From Cryptosporangium arvum DSM 44712 (GTDB lineage Bacteria > Actinomycetota > Actinomycetes > Mycobacteriales > Cryptosporangiaceae): a DNA stretch of 32,000 nt. The translations under genes were made by a program, and so were the position numbers. The stretch spans positions 7,257,913 through 7,289,912 of the forward strand of contig NZ_KK073874.1 of the NCBI RefSeq assembly GCF_000585375.1, read 5' to 3'. The notes beneath the pieces are model-generated. The model did not search any database and had not been told where the DNA came from. It saw only the letters and a list, made by a program, of their open reading frames with translations. Below, one piece after another: positions 8,756 to 15,980 of this stretch (position 1 is the first letter of the stretch; each line of letters starts with the position of its first letter).

Positions 8756-8946
8756 AAATCCGCCCTGCCCCTCGTCACCACGTCGACCCGCTGGAGGAAT
8801 CGGCTCGCTGAAGGCGGGTTAGCCTCCGAACGGGTGGACGAAACGCCGGTCCCGACGCGCGTCACCCGGTTTGCCGATACGGCTATTTTTCCCAAATCGC
8901 CCATCGGCGACGATAGCGGCTCCTTGAGACGAAGCTCACTCCGGGG

Positions 8947-9885
8947 TCAGCGAAAGTGGTCGAATCCCTGGTCATCGCTGGGTTGTCCGTTGACGTACAC
9001 GCCGCGCCCCCGCACGACCCGGCCGAGCGTCAACCACGGCTCCGGAAGTTCGATTCCGGCCGGAAAAGAAGCGATCAACGCGTGGTCCTCGCCCCCATCC
9101 AGTAGCCAACGCACCGGGTCGACACCGAGCGCAGCGGCCGCGTCACGCATCTGCGGGGTCACCTCGAGCACGTCGGTGGTGATCTCGATCGAGACGCCGC
9201 TGGCGACCGCGATCGACCGCAGATCGGCCACCAGGCCGTCCGACACGTCGGTCATCGCGGTGGCCCCCAGGTCGGCCGCGACCGGGCCGGCCGCATAGGG
9301 CACCGACGGGACCCGATGGGCGTCGACGAGCGCCCTGGGCGTCCGGAAACCCCGGGAGAGCACCGCGAGCCCGGCCGCCGACCAGCCCACCCGCCCGGCG
9401 ATCGCGACGACGTCCCCCGGCTTCGCGCCGGCCCGGGTGACCGGTTCGCGCCCGTCCATCGAACCCAGCGCGGTCACCGCGATCGTGATGCCGTGCTCCG
9501 AGCGCACCAGGTCACCCCCGACGACCCCGGCGCCGACCGTCTCGCACTCCTCGCGCAGCCCGTCGTAGAACGCCTCCACCCAGCTCAGCTCGGTCTCGCC
9601 GGGCAACGCGAGCGCGATCAGCAGCGCGGTGCCGACCCCGCCCATCGCGGCGACGTCCGCGAAGTTCTGCGCCGCGGCCTTGCGCCCGACGTCACGGGGG
9701 CTCGACCAGTCCGACCGGAAGTGCCGGCCCTCGACCAGCACGTCCGTGGTGACGACGACCCGCCCACCGCCGACCGCCAGCAGCGCGGCGTCGTCGCCGG
9801 GCCCCACCACGGTGGCCCGGCTCTGCGGCAAGCGCGGGAACACCCGCTCCAGCAGGCCGAGTTCCCCGATCTCCGACACGGTCAC
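8947..9885 (-). CDS. thiL: Thiamine-monophosphate kinase
   Basis: AIR-synthase-like motifs: GDDAALL, TTDVLVEGRHF, AAQNFADVAAMGG, VVGGDL. The track start is GTG 9924. GTG at 9885 lies 8 nt after GGGGAGGAG and gives the usual (M)TVSEIGELGLL N-terminus. Confidence 0.9.
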   Translation of the reverse strand: MTVSEIGELGLLERVFPRLPQSRATVVGPGDDAALLAVGGGRVVVTTDVLVEGRHFRSDWSSPRDVGRKAAAQNFADVAAMGGVGTALLIALALPGETELSWVEAFYDGLREECETVGAGVVGGDLVRSEHGITIAVTALGSMDGREPVTRAGAKPGDVVAIAGRVGWSAAGLAVLSRGFRTPRALVDAHRVPSVPYAAGPVAADLGATAMTDVSDGLVADLRSIAVASGVSIEITTDVLEVTPQMRDAAAALGVDPVRWLLDGGEDHALIASFPAGIELPEPWLTLGRVVRGRGVYVNGQPSDDQGFDHFR

Positions 9886-10005
9886 GCCGCTCACTCCTCC
9901 CCTGCCCCCGGTCTGAGCTGCCACGGCCTGCGGTAGCGTGCATCCGTCCTACCATCCGTCGTTCCGGTACGGACGGTGTCGAATGGCCTTACAGGGAGCG
10001 TGTCC

Positions 10006-10239
10006 GTGGTCCAGGCGTACATCCTCATCCAGACCGAGGTCGGCAAGGCCCGGGATGTTGCCGCCACGGTCAGCGACCTGCCCGGCGTCGTCCAGGTCGA
10101 CGCGGTGACCGGCCCGTACGACGTCATCGTGCTCACCCAGGCCGAGACCGTCGACGAGCTCGGCTCGCTCGTCGTCAGCAAGGTGCAGAGCGTCACCGGT
10201 ATCACCCGAACGCTGACCTGCTCGGTCGTGCATCTCTGA
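10006..10239 (+). CDS. Stand-alone Lrp/AsnC ligand-binding (RAM) domain protein, no HTH
   Basis: GTG at 10006 lies 7 nt after AGGGAG and gives a 77-aa protein, VVQAYILIQTEVGKARDVAATVSDLPGVVQVDAVTGPYDVIVL.... This is the beta-alpha-beta-beta-alpha-beta RAM pattern. The track start at 9976 adds 10 uncharacteristic residues. Confidence 0.8.
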   Translation: MVQAYILIQTEVGKARDVAATVSDLPGVVQVDAVTGPYDVIVLTQAETVDELGSLVVSKVQSVTGITRTLTCSVVHL

Positions 10240-10241
10240 CC

Positions 10242-10823
10242 GTGACCGACGAAGCCACGACCCTGGCGCCTCGCGCGACCAGGTCCCAACGCATCAGCGC
10301 CGCGTTCACCGCGACGCTGATCGCCGTGCCGTTCGCACTGCTGGTGGGCGTCGGCTGGTTCTGGGCGGCCGGCGGGTTCGCCGACGATCCGGAGCCCGCC
10401 ACCGGCCCGGTCACCGTCGACCTGTCGGTGAACAACCAGCCGTCGGCGATCGACGCGAAGACCGAGACCGTCTGCCGGGCGCTGCTCGCGAACCTGCCGG
10501 TCACGGTCGACGAACACGACAGCCGGCCGGTCGAGCCGGCCTCCGCGTCGGAGCGGGCCGCCGCCTGGGGCGACCCGGCGATCGTGCTGCGCTGCGGGGT
10601 CGGCCCGGCCGCGACCACCGCGGGCAGCACCGGACAGGTGGTCGACTTCAACGGTCTGTCCTGGCTGGTCACCGAGGGCAACGACGTGACTTTCCTGCGC
10701 GCGCTCAACCTGAGCGTGGCCGTGGACCTGCGGCTGCCCGCCCCGTACAACGTCGGACGCTTCGGCTCGCTGCTGCGGCCGCTCTCGAAACCGATAGTCG
10801 ACTCGGTGCCGCCGGCACGATGA
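10242..10823 (+). CDS. DUF3515-like membrane-anchored/secreted protein (positional equivalent of M. tuberculosis Rv2980)
   Basis: GTG at 10242 lies 2 nt after the RAM-protein stop. There is one N-terminal TM helix (ISAAFTATLIAVPFALLVGVGWFWAA) followed by an extracytoplasmic domain with two Cys. It sits between thiL and ddl, as DUF3515 genes do in actinobacteria. Family assignment rests on synteny and topology. Confidence 0.7.
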   Translation: MTDEATTLAPRATRSQRISAAFTATLIAVPFALLVGVGWFWAAGGFADDPEPATGPVTVDLSVNNQPSAIDAKTETVCRALLANLPVTVDEHDSRPVEPASASERAAAWGDPAIVLRCGVGPAATTAGSTGQVVDFNGLSWLVTEGNDVTFLRALNLSVAVDLRLPAPYNVGRFGSLLRPLSKPIVDSVPPAR

Positions 10824-10842
10824 CGCCGGCGGCATCCGCCGC

Positions 10843-11955
10843 TCAACGCAGGCCGGAACCACGGGCGACCGCGGTGCGCACCAGCCGCCCGACCAACTCG
10901 TCGAAGGGCAGCCCGGTGGCCGCCCACATCCGGGGGAACATCGAGATCGGGGTGAACCCCGGCATCGTGTTGACCTCGTTGACGACCAGACCGCCGTCCG
11001 GCGTCACGAAGAAGTCGACGCGGGCCAGCCCGGCGCAGCCGAGCGCGGTGAACGCACGGCACGCGGCCTCGCGGAGCTTCTCCTCCACGCCCGCGGGAAG
11101 CACCGCCGGGATGTCGAACTCGCACGCGTCGTCGAGGTACTTGGCATCGAAGTCGTACCAGTCGTGATCGGGGCTCACCAGCCGGATCTCGGCCGGAAGC
11201 GAAGCCTCCGGCGGGCCGCCGTGCTCGCCCTCCAGCACGCCGCACTCCACCTCGCGGCCGACGACCGCGGCCTCGACGAGCACCTTCGGGTCGACCGCGC
11301 GCGCCCTCTCGACCGCCTGGTCGAGCTGCGCCCAGTCGGTGACGCGGGTGATGCCGATGCTCGACCCGGCCCGCGCCGGCTTCACGAACACCGGCAGGCC
11401 GAGCCGCTCGCGCTGGTCGAACGTGAGCGTCGCGCCGTCGCGCAGCACGACGTAGTCGCCGACCGCGAGCCCTTCGGCCGCGAGCAGCTTCTTCGTGTAC
11501 TCCTTGTCCATCGCCGCGGCCGAGGCGAACACGCCCGACCCGACGTAGGGCAGGTCGGCCATCTCGAGCAGGCCCTGGATCGTGCCGTCCTCGCCGTAGG
11601 GGCCGTGCAGCACCGGGAAGACGACGTCCACGCCCTCCAGCGCGCCGACGCCCTCCGCGGGGGTGGAGACCACCAGACCGCCGCGCGTCGGGTCGCCGGG
11701 CAGGACCACCTCGGTGCCGTCCTTGACCGTCGGCAGCTCGCGGCCGACCGCACGCAGCGCGGCCGGGTCGTCGGGCGCGAGCACCCAACGCCCCTCCGCG
11801 GTGATGCCGACCGGGATCACGTCGAACGCGTCCCGGTCGAGGCCGGCCAGCACCGCGCCCCCGCTGACACAGGAGATTGCGTGCTCGGTGCTGCGTCCGC
11901 CGAAGATCACGGCGACGCGGAGTCTCTTCGACCCGGGGGTTGGATCGCTCGTCAC
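10843..11955 (-). CDS. ddl: D-alanine--D-alanine ligase
   Basis: A 370-aa ORF starting at GTG 11955. Motifs: [34 protein letters not shown], the ATP-grasp motif [13 protein letters not shown], and EVNTMPGFT. Confidence 0.95.
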   Translation of the reverse strand: MTSDPTPGSKRLRVAVIFGGRSTEHAISCVSGGAVLAGLDRDAFDVIPVGITAEGRWVLAPDDPAALRAVGRELPTVKDGTEVVLPGDPTRGGLVVSTPAEGVGALEGVDVVFPVLHGPYGEDGTIQGLLEMADLPYVGSGVFASAAAMDKEYTKKLLAAEGLAVGDYVVLRDGATLTFDQRERLGLPVFVKPARAGSSIGITRVTDWAQLDQAVERARAVDPKVLVEAAVVGREVECGVLEGEHGGPPEASLPAEIRLVSPDHDWYDFDAKYLDDACEFDIPAVLPAGVEEKLREAACRAFTALGCAGLARVDFFVTPDGGLVVNEVNTMPGFTPISMFPRMWAATGLPFDELVGRLVRTAVARGSGLR

Positions 11956-11989
11956 GCGCCAGACCCTACAGTCCGCTGCCTACCCCGCG

Positions 11990-13075
11990 TTATCCGCCGA
12001 GGGCAGCGGTGAGGTCGGCCACCAGGTCGCCGGTGTCCTCGATTCCACAAGAGATCCGGACGAACCCGTCCGGAACGTCGTCGCCGCCCCACTGCGCCCG
12101 CCGGTCGATCCCGGTGCGCACGTCACCGAAACTCGTCACTGCCGACGCGAGCCGCGACGCCGAGAGCATCCGCTCGACGGCCGCCGCGTCCGGGAGCACC
12201 GCGGCGAGCACCCCGCCGAACCGGCGCATCTGCTTCACCGCCACCGGGTAGGCCGGGTCCTCCGGCCGCCCCGGGTAGCGCACTCCGCTGACCTCCGGGT
12301 GCCCCACCAGCAGTTCCGCGACCGCCAGCGCGTTGGTGGCCTGCCGCTCCAGCCGCACGTCGAGCGTCGCCAGCGAACGCAGCGCCAGCCAGGCCTCGAA
12401 CGGGCCGGGGATCGCACCGGTCCAGGTGCGCCACTGACGCACGGTCGCTGCGAGCTCGTCGTCGAGCGTGCTGACGTGGCCGAGCAGCAGGTCACCGTGG
12501 CCGGAGAGCGCCTTGGTGTCGCTGGCCACGACGAAGTCGGCGCCGAGCTCGAGCGGACGCTGGCCGAGCGGCGTCGCGGTGGTGTTGTCGACCGCGACCA
12601 GCGCACCCGCCGCGTGCGCCTCGGCGCACACCGCCGCCAGGTCGCAGACGTCCATGCCGGGGTTGCTCGGTGTCTCCAGGAGCACGAGCGAGGCGCCCTC
12701 GAACGGGTACGGGCCGAGCGTCGGCGCCGAACGCACCGTGACCCCGAACGCGGCCAGCCGGTCCGCGGCCAACGAGCGGGTGGCGTAGTAACCGTCGGAC
12801 GGGACGACGACCGTGTCACCGGCCTTCAGCGTTCCGAACAGGACCGCCGAGATCGCCGCCATCCCCGACGCGAACGCGGTGACGGTCGAGCCGCCCTCGA
12901 GCTCGCTCAGCGCTCGTTCCAGGTCACGGAACGTCGGGTTGTCGGGGCGGCCGTAGAAGTCGGGCGCGCCCGGCAGGTGGAACACCGAGGAGAGCACGGG
13001 GCCCGGCCGGTGCGGCTCACCGGGGACCGCCGGGCGCTCCCCCGCGTGCGCCGCCGTCGTGCCGTCCCCGGTCAC
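11990..13075 (-). CDS. Cys/Met-metabolism PLP-dependent enzyme (cystathionine gamma-synthase/gamma-lyase family)
   Basis: PLP-lysine motif [14 protein letters not shown], together with FASGMAAI and LETPSNPGM. The track ORF extends to 13333 and overlaps gpsA. The likely start is GTG 13075, which forms a GTGA overlap with the gpsA stop and gives 361 aa. Confidence 0.85.
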   Translation of the reverse strand: MTGDGTTAAHAGERPAVPGEPHRPGPVLSSVFHLPGAPDFYGRPDNPTFRDLERALSELEGGSTVTAFASGMAAISAVLFGTLKAGDTVVVPSDGYYATRSLAADRLAAFGVTVRSAPTLGPYPFEGASLVLLETPSNPGMDVCDLAAVCAEAHAAGALVAVDNTTATPLGQRPLELGADFVVASDTKALSGHGDLLLGHVSTLDDELAATVRQWRTWTGAIPGPFEAWLALRSLATLDVRLERQATNALAVAELLVGHPEVSGVRYPGRPEDPAYPVAVKQMRRFGGVLAAVLPDAAAVERMLSASRLASAVTSFGDVRTGIDRRAQWGGDDVPDGFVRISCGIEDTGDLVADLTAALGG

Positions 13076-14091
13076 GACCGGTGCTCCGGCTTCGGCTCCC
13101 GCCGCATCAGGTACTTCATCGCGACGCTCGGCGCGATGCCCTCGTGGCACACCTGCACGACCTGCTCGGTGATCGGCATCTCCACGCCCGCCGCGGCCGC
13201 GAGCTCGAGGATCGACAGGCACGACTTCACGCCCTCGGCGGTCTGCCGGGTGTGCGCGATCGCCTGCTCCAGCGTCTCGCCGCGCCCCAGCCGCTCGCCG
13301 AACGTCCGGTTGCGCGACAGCGGCGAGGTGCACGTGGCGACCAGGTCACCGATGCCGGCCAGCCCGGCGAACGTCATCGGGTCTGCGCCCAGCGACACCC
13401 CCAGGCGCGCGGTCTCGGCCAGCCCGCGCGTCATCAGCGACGCCTTGGTGTTGTCGCCGAAGCCCATACCCTCGGCCATGCCGCAGGCCAGCGCGATCAC
13501 GTTCTTGACCGCCCCGCCCAGCTCGACGCCGACGACGTCGGTGTTCGTGTAGACCCGCAGGTAGGACGTGGTGGACGCGCGCTGCAGCAGCTCGGCCCTG
13601 GCCAGGTCGGTGGCGGCGACGACGGTGGCGGCGGGCTGCTCGGACGCGATCTCCTTGGCCAGGTTGGGCCCGGACACCACCGCCACCCGGTCGGCCGGCA
13701 CGCCGGTGACCTCGATGATCACCTCGGTCATCCGCTTGTGGGTGCCGAGCTCGACGCCCTTGGCCAGGCTGACGAGCGTCGCGTCGTCGCCGAGCGCGCC
13801 GGCCCAGTGCCGCAGGTTGGCCCGCATGGTCTGCGCCGGTACGGCCAGGATCACCAGGTCCGCGCCGGCGAGCGCCTCCTCGTGGTCGGGCGTCGCGGTC
13901 AGCCGGTCGGGCAGGCCGACGCCGGGCAGGTAGTCGCCGTTCTCCCGCCGGGCGTTCATCGCGGCGGCCAACTCGGGACGCCGGGCCCAGAGCGCGACCT
14001 CGCAGCCCGCGTCGGCCAGGACCTTGGCGTACGCCGTGCCCCAGGAGCCCGCACCCAGCACCGCGGCCCGCACGGTGTCCGAACCACTCAC
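13072..14091 (-). CDS. gpsA: NAD(P)H-dependent glycerol-3-phosphate dehydrogenase
   Basis: Rossmann motif [10 protein letters not shown], plus SLAKGVE, GPNLAKE and [10 protein letters not shown]. The GTG start at 14091 overlaps the plsC stop (GTGA). Confidence 0.95.
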   Translation of the reverse strand: MSGSDTVRAAVLGAGSWGTAYAKVLADAGCEVALWARRPELAAAMNARRENGDYLPGVGLPDRLTATPDHEEALAGADLVILAVPAQTMRANLRHWAGALGDDATLVSLAKGVELGTHKRMTEVIIEVTGVPADRVAVVSGPNLAKEIASEQPAATVVAATDLARAELLQRASTTSYLRVYTNTDVVGVELGGAVKNVIALACGMAEGMGFGDNTKASLMTRGLAETARLGVSLGADPMTFAGLAGIGDLVATCTSPLSRNRTFGERLGRGETLEQAIAHTRQTAEGVKSCLSILELAAAAGVEMPITEQVVQVCHEGIAPSVAMKYLMRREPKPEHRS

Positions 14092-14804
14092 GACGCCAGC
14101 CCCCGCGGTTTCTCGTCGAGCACGTAGAGCGGGCCGGTCGGCGCCGGTTCCCCGCGTAGTTCGGCCAGGTCGTCACGCAGGCGCCGCATGATGACGTCGG
14201 TGATCTCCCTGAGCACCATCCCGGTCGGCGGTGCCCCGGCGAAGGCCGACAGGTCGACCGGCGGACCCGCCGACACCGTGACCGGCGTCCGCACCCGCAG
14301 CCGCACCTTGCCGGTGCGGTAGTCGTGGAGGCCGTGCGCCCCCCACTGCACGATCGGGATCACCGGCGCGCCGGTGTCGAGGAACAGCCGGGCGGCTCCG
14401 GTTTTGCCCTGCATCGGCCAGAGATCGGGGTCGCGAGTAACGGTGCCCTCCGGGTAGATGAGCGGGGCTTCCCCCGCACGGATACGGGCCGTGGCGGTAC
14501 GCAGTGCGTCCCCCGCGTTGCGGGTGGCCCGGTGGACCGGGATCTGGCCGGACGACCGCAGCACCGTGCCGACCAGCGGGACCCTGAACAGGCTCGACTT
14601 GACCAGCACCCGCATCTCGCGCGGCCGGTCGTAGAGGAAATGGGCGATGACCAGCGGGTCGACCATCGACGTGTGGTTGGCGACGAAGATCGCGGGTCCG
14701 CTGACCGGGATGTTCTCCCATCCGCGCCAGGTGCGCTTCGTGAAGACGGTCAACAGCGGACGCAGGACGAACTCTGCGAACCGAAGCCAGAATCCCCGGC
14801 GCAC
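14088..14804 (-). CDS. plsC: 1-acyl-sn-glycerol-3-phosphate acyltransferase (lysophospholipid acyltransferase family)
   Basis: HX4D motif NHTSMVD and the IYPEGT motif are present. The track ORF (to 15683) is grossly over-extended, running antisense through fbiD. GTG at 14804 lies 10 nt after GAGGAGG and gives [18 protein letters not shown].... GTG at 14864 is an alternative start. Confidence 0.85.
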   Translation of the reverse strand: MRRGFWLRFAEFVLRPLLTVFTKRTWRGWENIPVSGPAIFVANHTSMVDPLVIAHFLYDRPREMRVLVKSSLFRVPLVGTVLRSSGQIPVHRATRNAGDALRTATARIRAGEAPLIYPEGTVTRDPDLWPMQGKTGAARLFLDTGAPVIPIVQWGAHGLHDYRTGKVRLRVRTPVTVSAGPPVDLSAFAGAPPTGMVLREITDVIMRRLRDDLAELRGEPAPTGPLYVLDEKPRGLAS

Positions 14805-14915
14805 CGCGGTGCCGCCTCCTCGCCGTACGGGGTCCGGCGGGCCCCAACCTGCAGGAAACCTCACCCTACGCCGCCGCGTGGACGAAACGCGCTGGAACAG
14901 TGTGAGGATGGAGAC

Positions 14916-15653
14916 GTGACGGGATGGTCGATCGTGACGCCGGTCAAGCGTCTGGGGCAGGCGAAGAGCCGGCTGCGCGCGACGCTGCCCGCGTCCGCCG
15001 CGCTGTTCACCTACACCGCCAGCGGGCCGGATCCGCTGGGCGCGCTCGATCCGCCGGGTGAGCCCGACGACTGGCACGCCGACGTGGCGCTGGCGATGGC
15101 ACTCGACACGGTCGCGGCGGTGCTCGCCACCCCGGCCGTCGACCGGGTCGTCGTCGTGACCGACGACCGGGTAGCGGTCGCGGCGCTGAGCGCGCTCGGC
15201 GCGGTGTGCGTTCCCGATACCCCGCGGTCCGGTCTCAACTCCGCGCTGCGCCACGGTGCGGCGATGGCCGCGCTGCTGACCGGTTCGGACGGCCGCGGTG
15301 GGCACGGCACGGCCGCCCTCGGAGCCGACCTGCCCGCCCTGCGCGGCGCCCACCTCGACGCCGTGCTGCGCGCCGTCGAGCGGATGGGGGTGCGCGGCTT
15401 CGTGCCGGACGTCGCCGGCACCGGGACCACGCTGCTCGCGGCGCCCCGGGGCGTGCCGCTGGAGCCCGCCTACGGGCCGGGTTCGGCGCTGCTGCACGCC
15501 CGCGCGGGAGCGGTCGACCTGACGGCGGCGGGCGAGGTGGGCGCCTCGCTGCGCCAGGACGTCGACACCGCGGCCGACCTCGACGCCGCCCGCGTGCTCG
15601 GGCTGGGTCCGCGGACGACCGCTCTCTTCGGTCCGGTGCGCTGCGCCTGCTGA
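14916..15653 (+). CDS. fbiD: Phosphoenolpyruvate/2-phospho-L-lactate guanylyltransferase (F420 biosynthesis FbiD/CofC)
   Basis: GTG at 14916 lies 7 nt after GAGGA. The N-terminus WSIVTPVKRLGQAKSRL, then GADLPAL, D.AGTGTTLL and RQDVDTAADLDAARVLGLGP, match the CofC/FbiD pattern. It is adjacent to ppk1, as Rv2983 is in M. tuberculosis. Confidence 0.85.
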   Translation: MTGWSIVTPVKRLGQAKSRLRATLPASAALFTYTASGPDPLGALDPPGEPDDWHADVALAMALDTVAAVLATPAVDRVVVVTDDRVAVAALSALGAVCVPDTPRSGLNSALRHGAAMAALLTGSDGRGGHGTAALGADLPALRGAHLDAVLRAVERMGVRGFVPDVAGTGTTLLAAPRGVPLEPAYGPGSALLHARAGAVDLTAAGEVGASLRQDVDTAADLDAARVLGLGPRTTALFGPVRCAC

Positions 15654-15675
15654 GATCCGCAGGCCAAGGCCTAGA

Positions 15676-15900
15676 GTGAACATCGTGACGAGCGTTCAGG
15701 GCACCGTGCGGCAGTTCGCCCCGGCGACCCGTGAGGGCAGCGTCCTGCTCGACGACGGCAGCGACGTTCCGTTCGGCCCGGACGCGTTCGCGGCCGGCGG
15801 CCTCCGATTGTTGCGGCCCGGTCAGCGCGTCCGCTTGGAACGAGACGCCTCGGGCGAGGTCACGCTGGTAACGATCGTCACGTTCACCAGCCTCGGCTGA
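15676..15900 (+). CDS. Small hypothetical protein with a degenerate cold-shock/OB-like pattern
   Basis: A 74-codon ORF starting at GTG 15676 (or GTG 15685). GC3 is very high, matching the neighbouring genes. The pattern GTV..F....G.V.LDDG.DV.F.......G.R.L..GQ.V parallels a CspA-type barrel, but the RNP aromatic residues are missing. It lies 22 nt after fbiD and 80 nt before ppk1. Confidence 0.55.
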   Translation: MNIVTSVQGTVRQFAPATREGSVLLDDGSDVPFGPDAFAAGGLRLLRPGQRVRLERDASGEVTLVTIVTFTSLG

Positions 15901-15980
15901 CCGGCGTTCGTGCGTTGTGCACGTGACGTCAGATCAGGATTTCTGGACAGGGACTACCCGACGGCGGGAAGGATGGGACC

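Noticed and set aside
8756-8946. TPP riboswitch next to thiL
   Set aside because: The region lies downstream of thiL, not upstream, and it lacks the CUGAGA and ACCUGAUCUGGAUAAUGCCAGCG core on either strand.
10202-11788. 528-aa minus-strand ORF, plus the 323-aa ORF at 9891..10862
   Set aside because: These are alternative frames overlapping ddl, the DUF3515 gene and the RAM-domain gene. Their Arg/Gly/Pro composition is extreme, whereas the ddl frame carries the ATP-grasp motifs.
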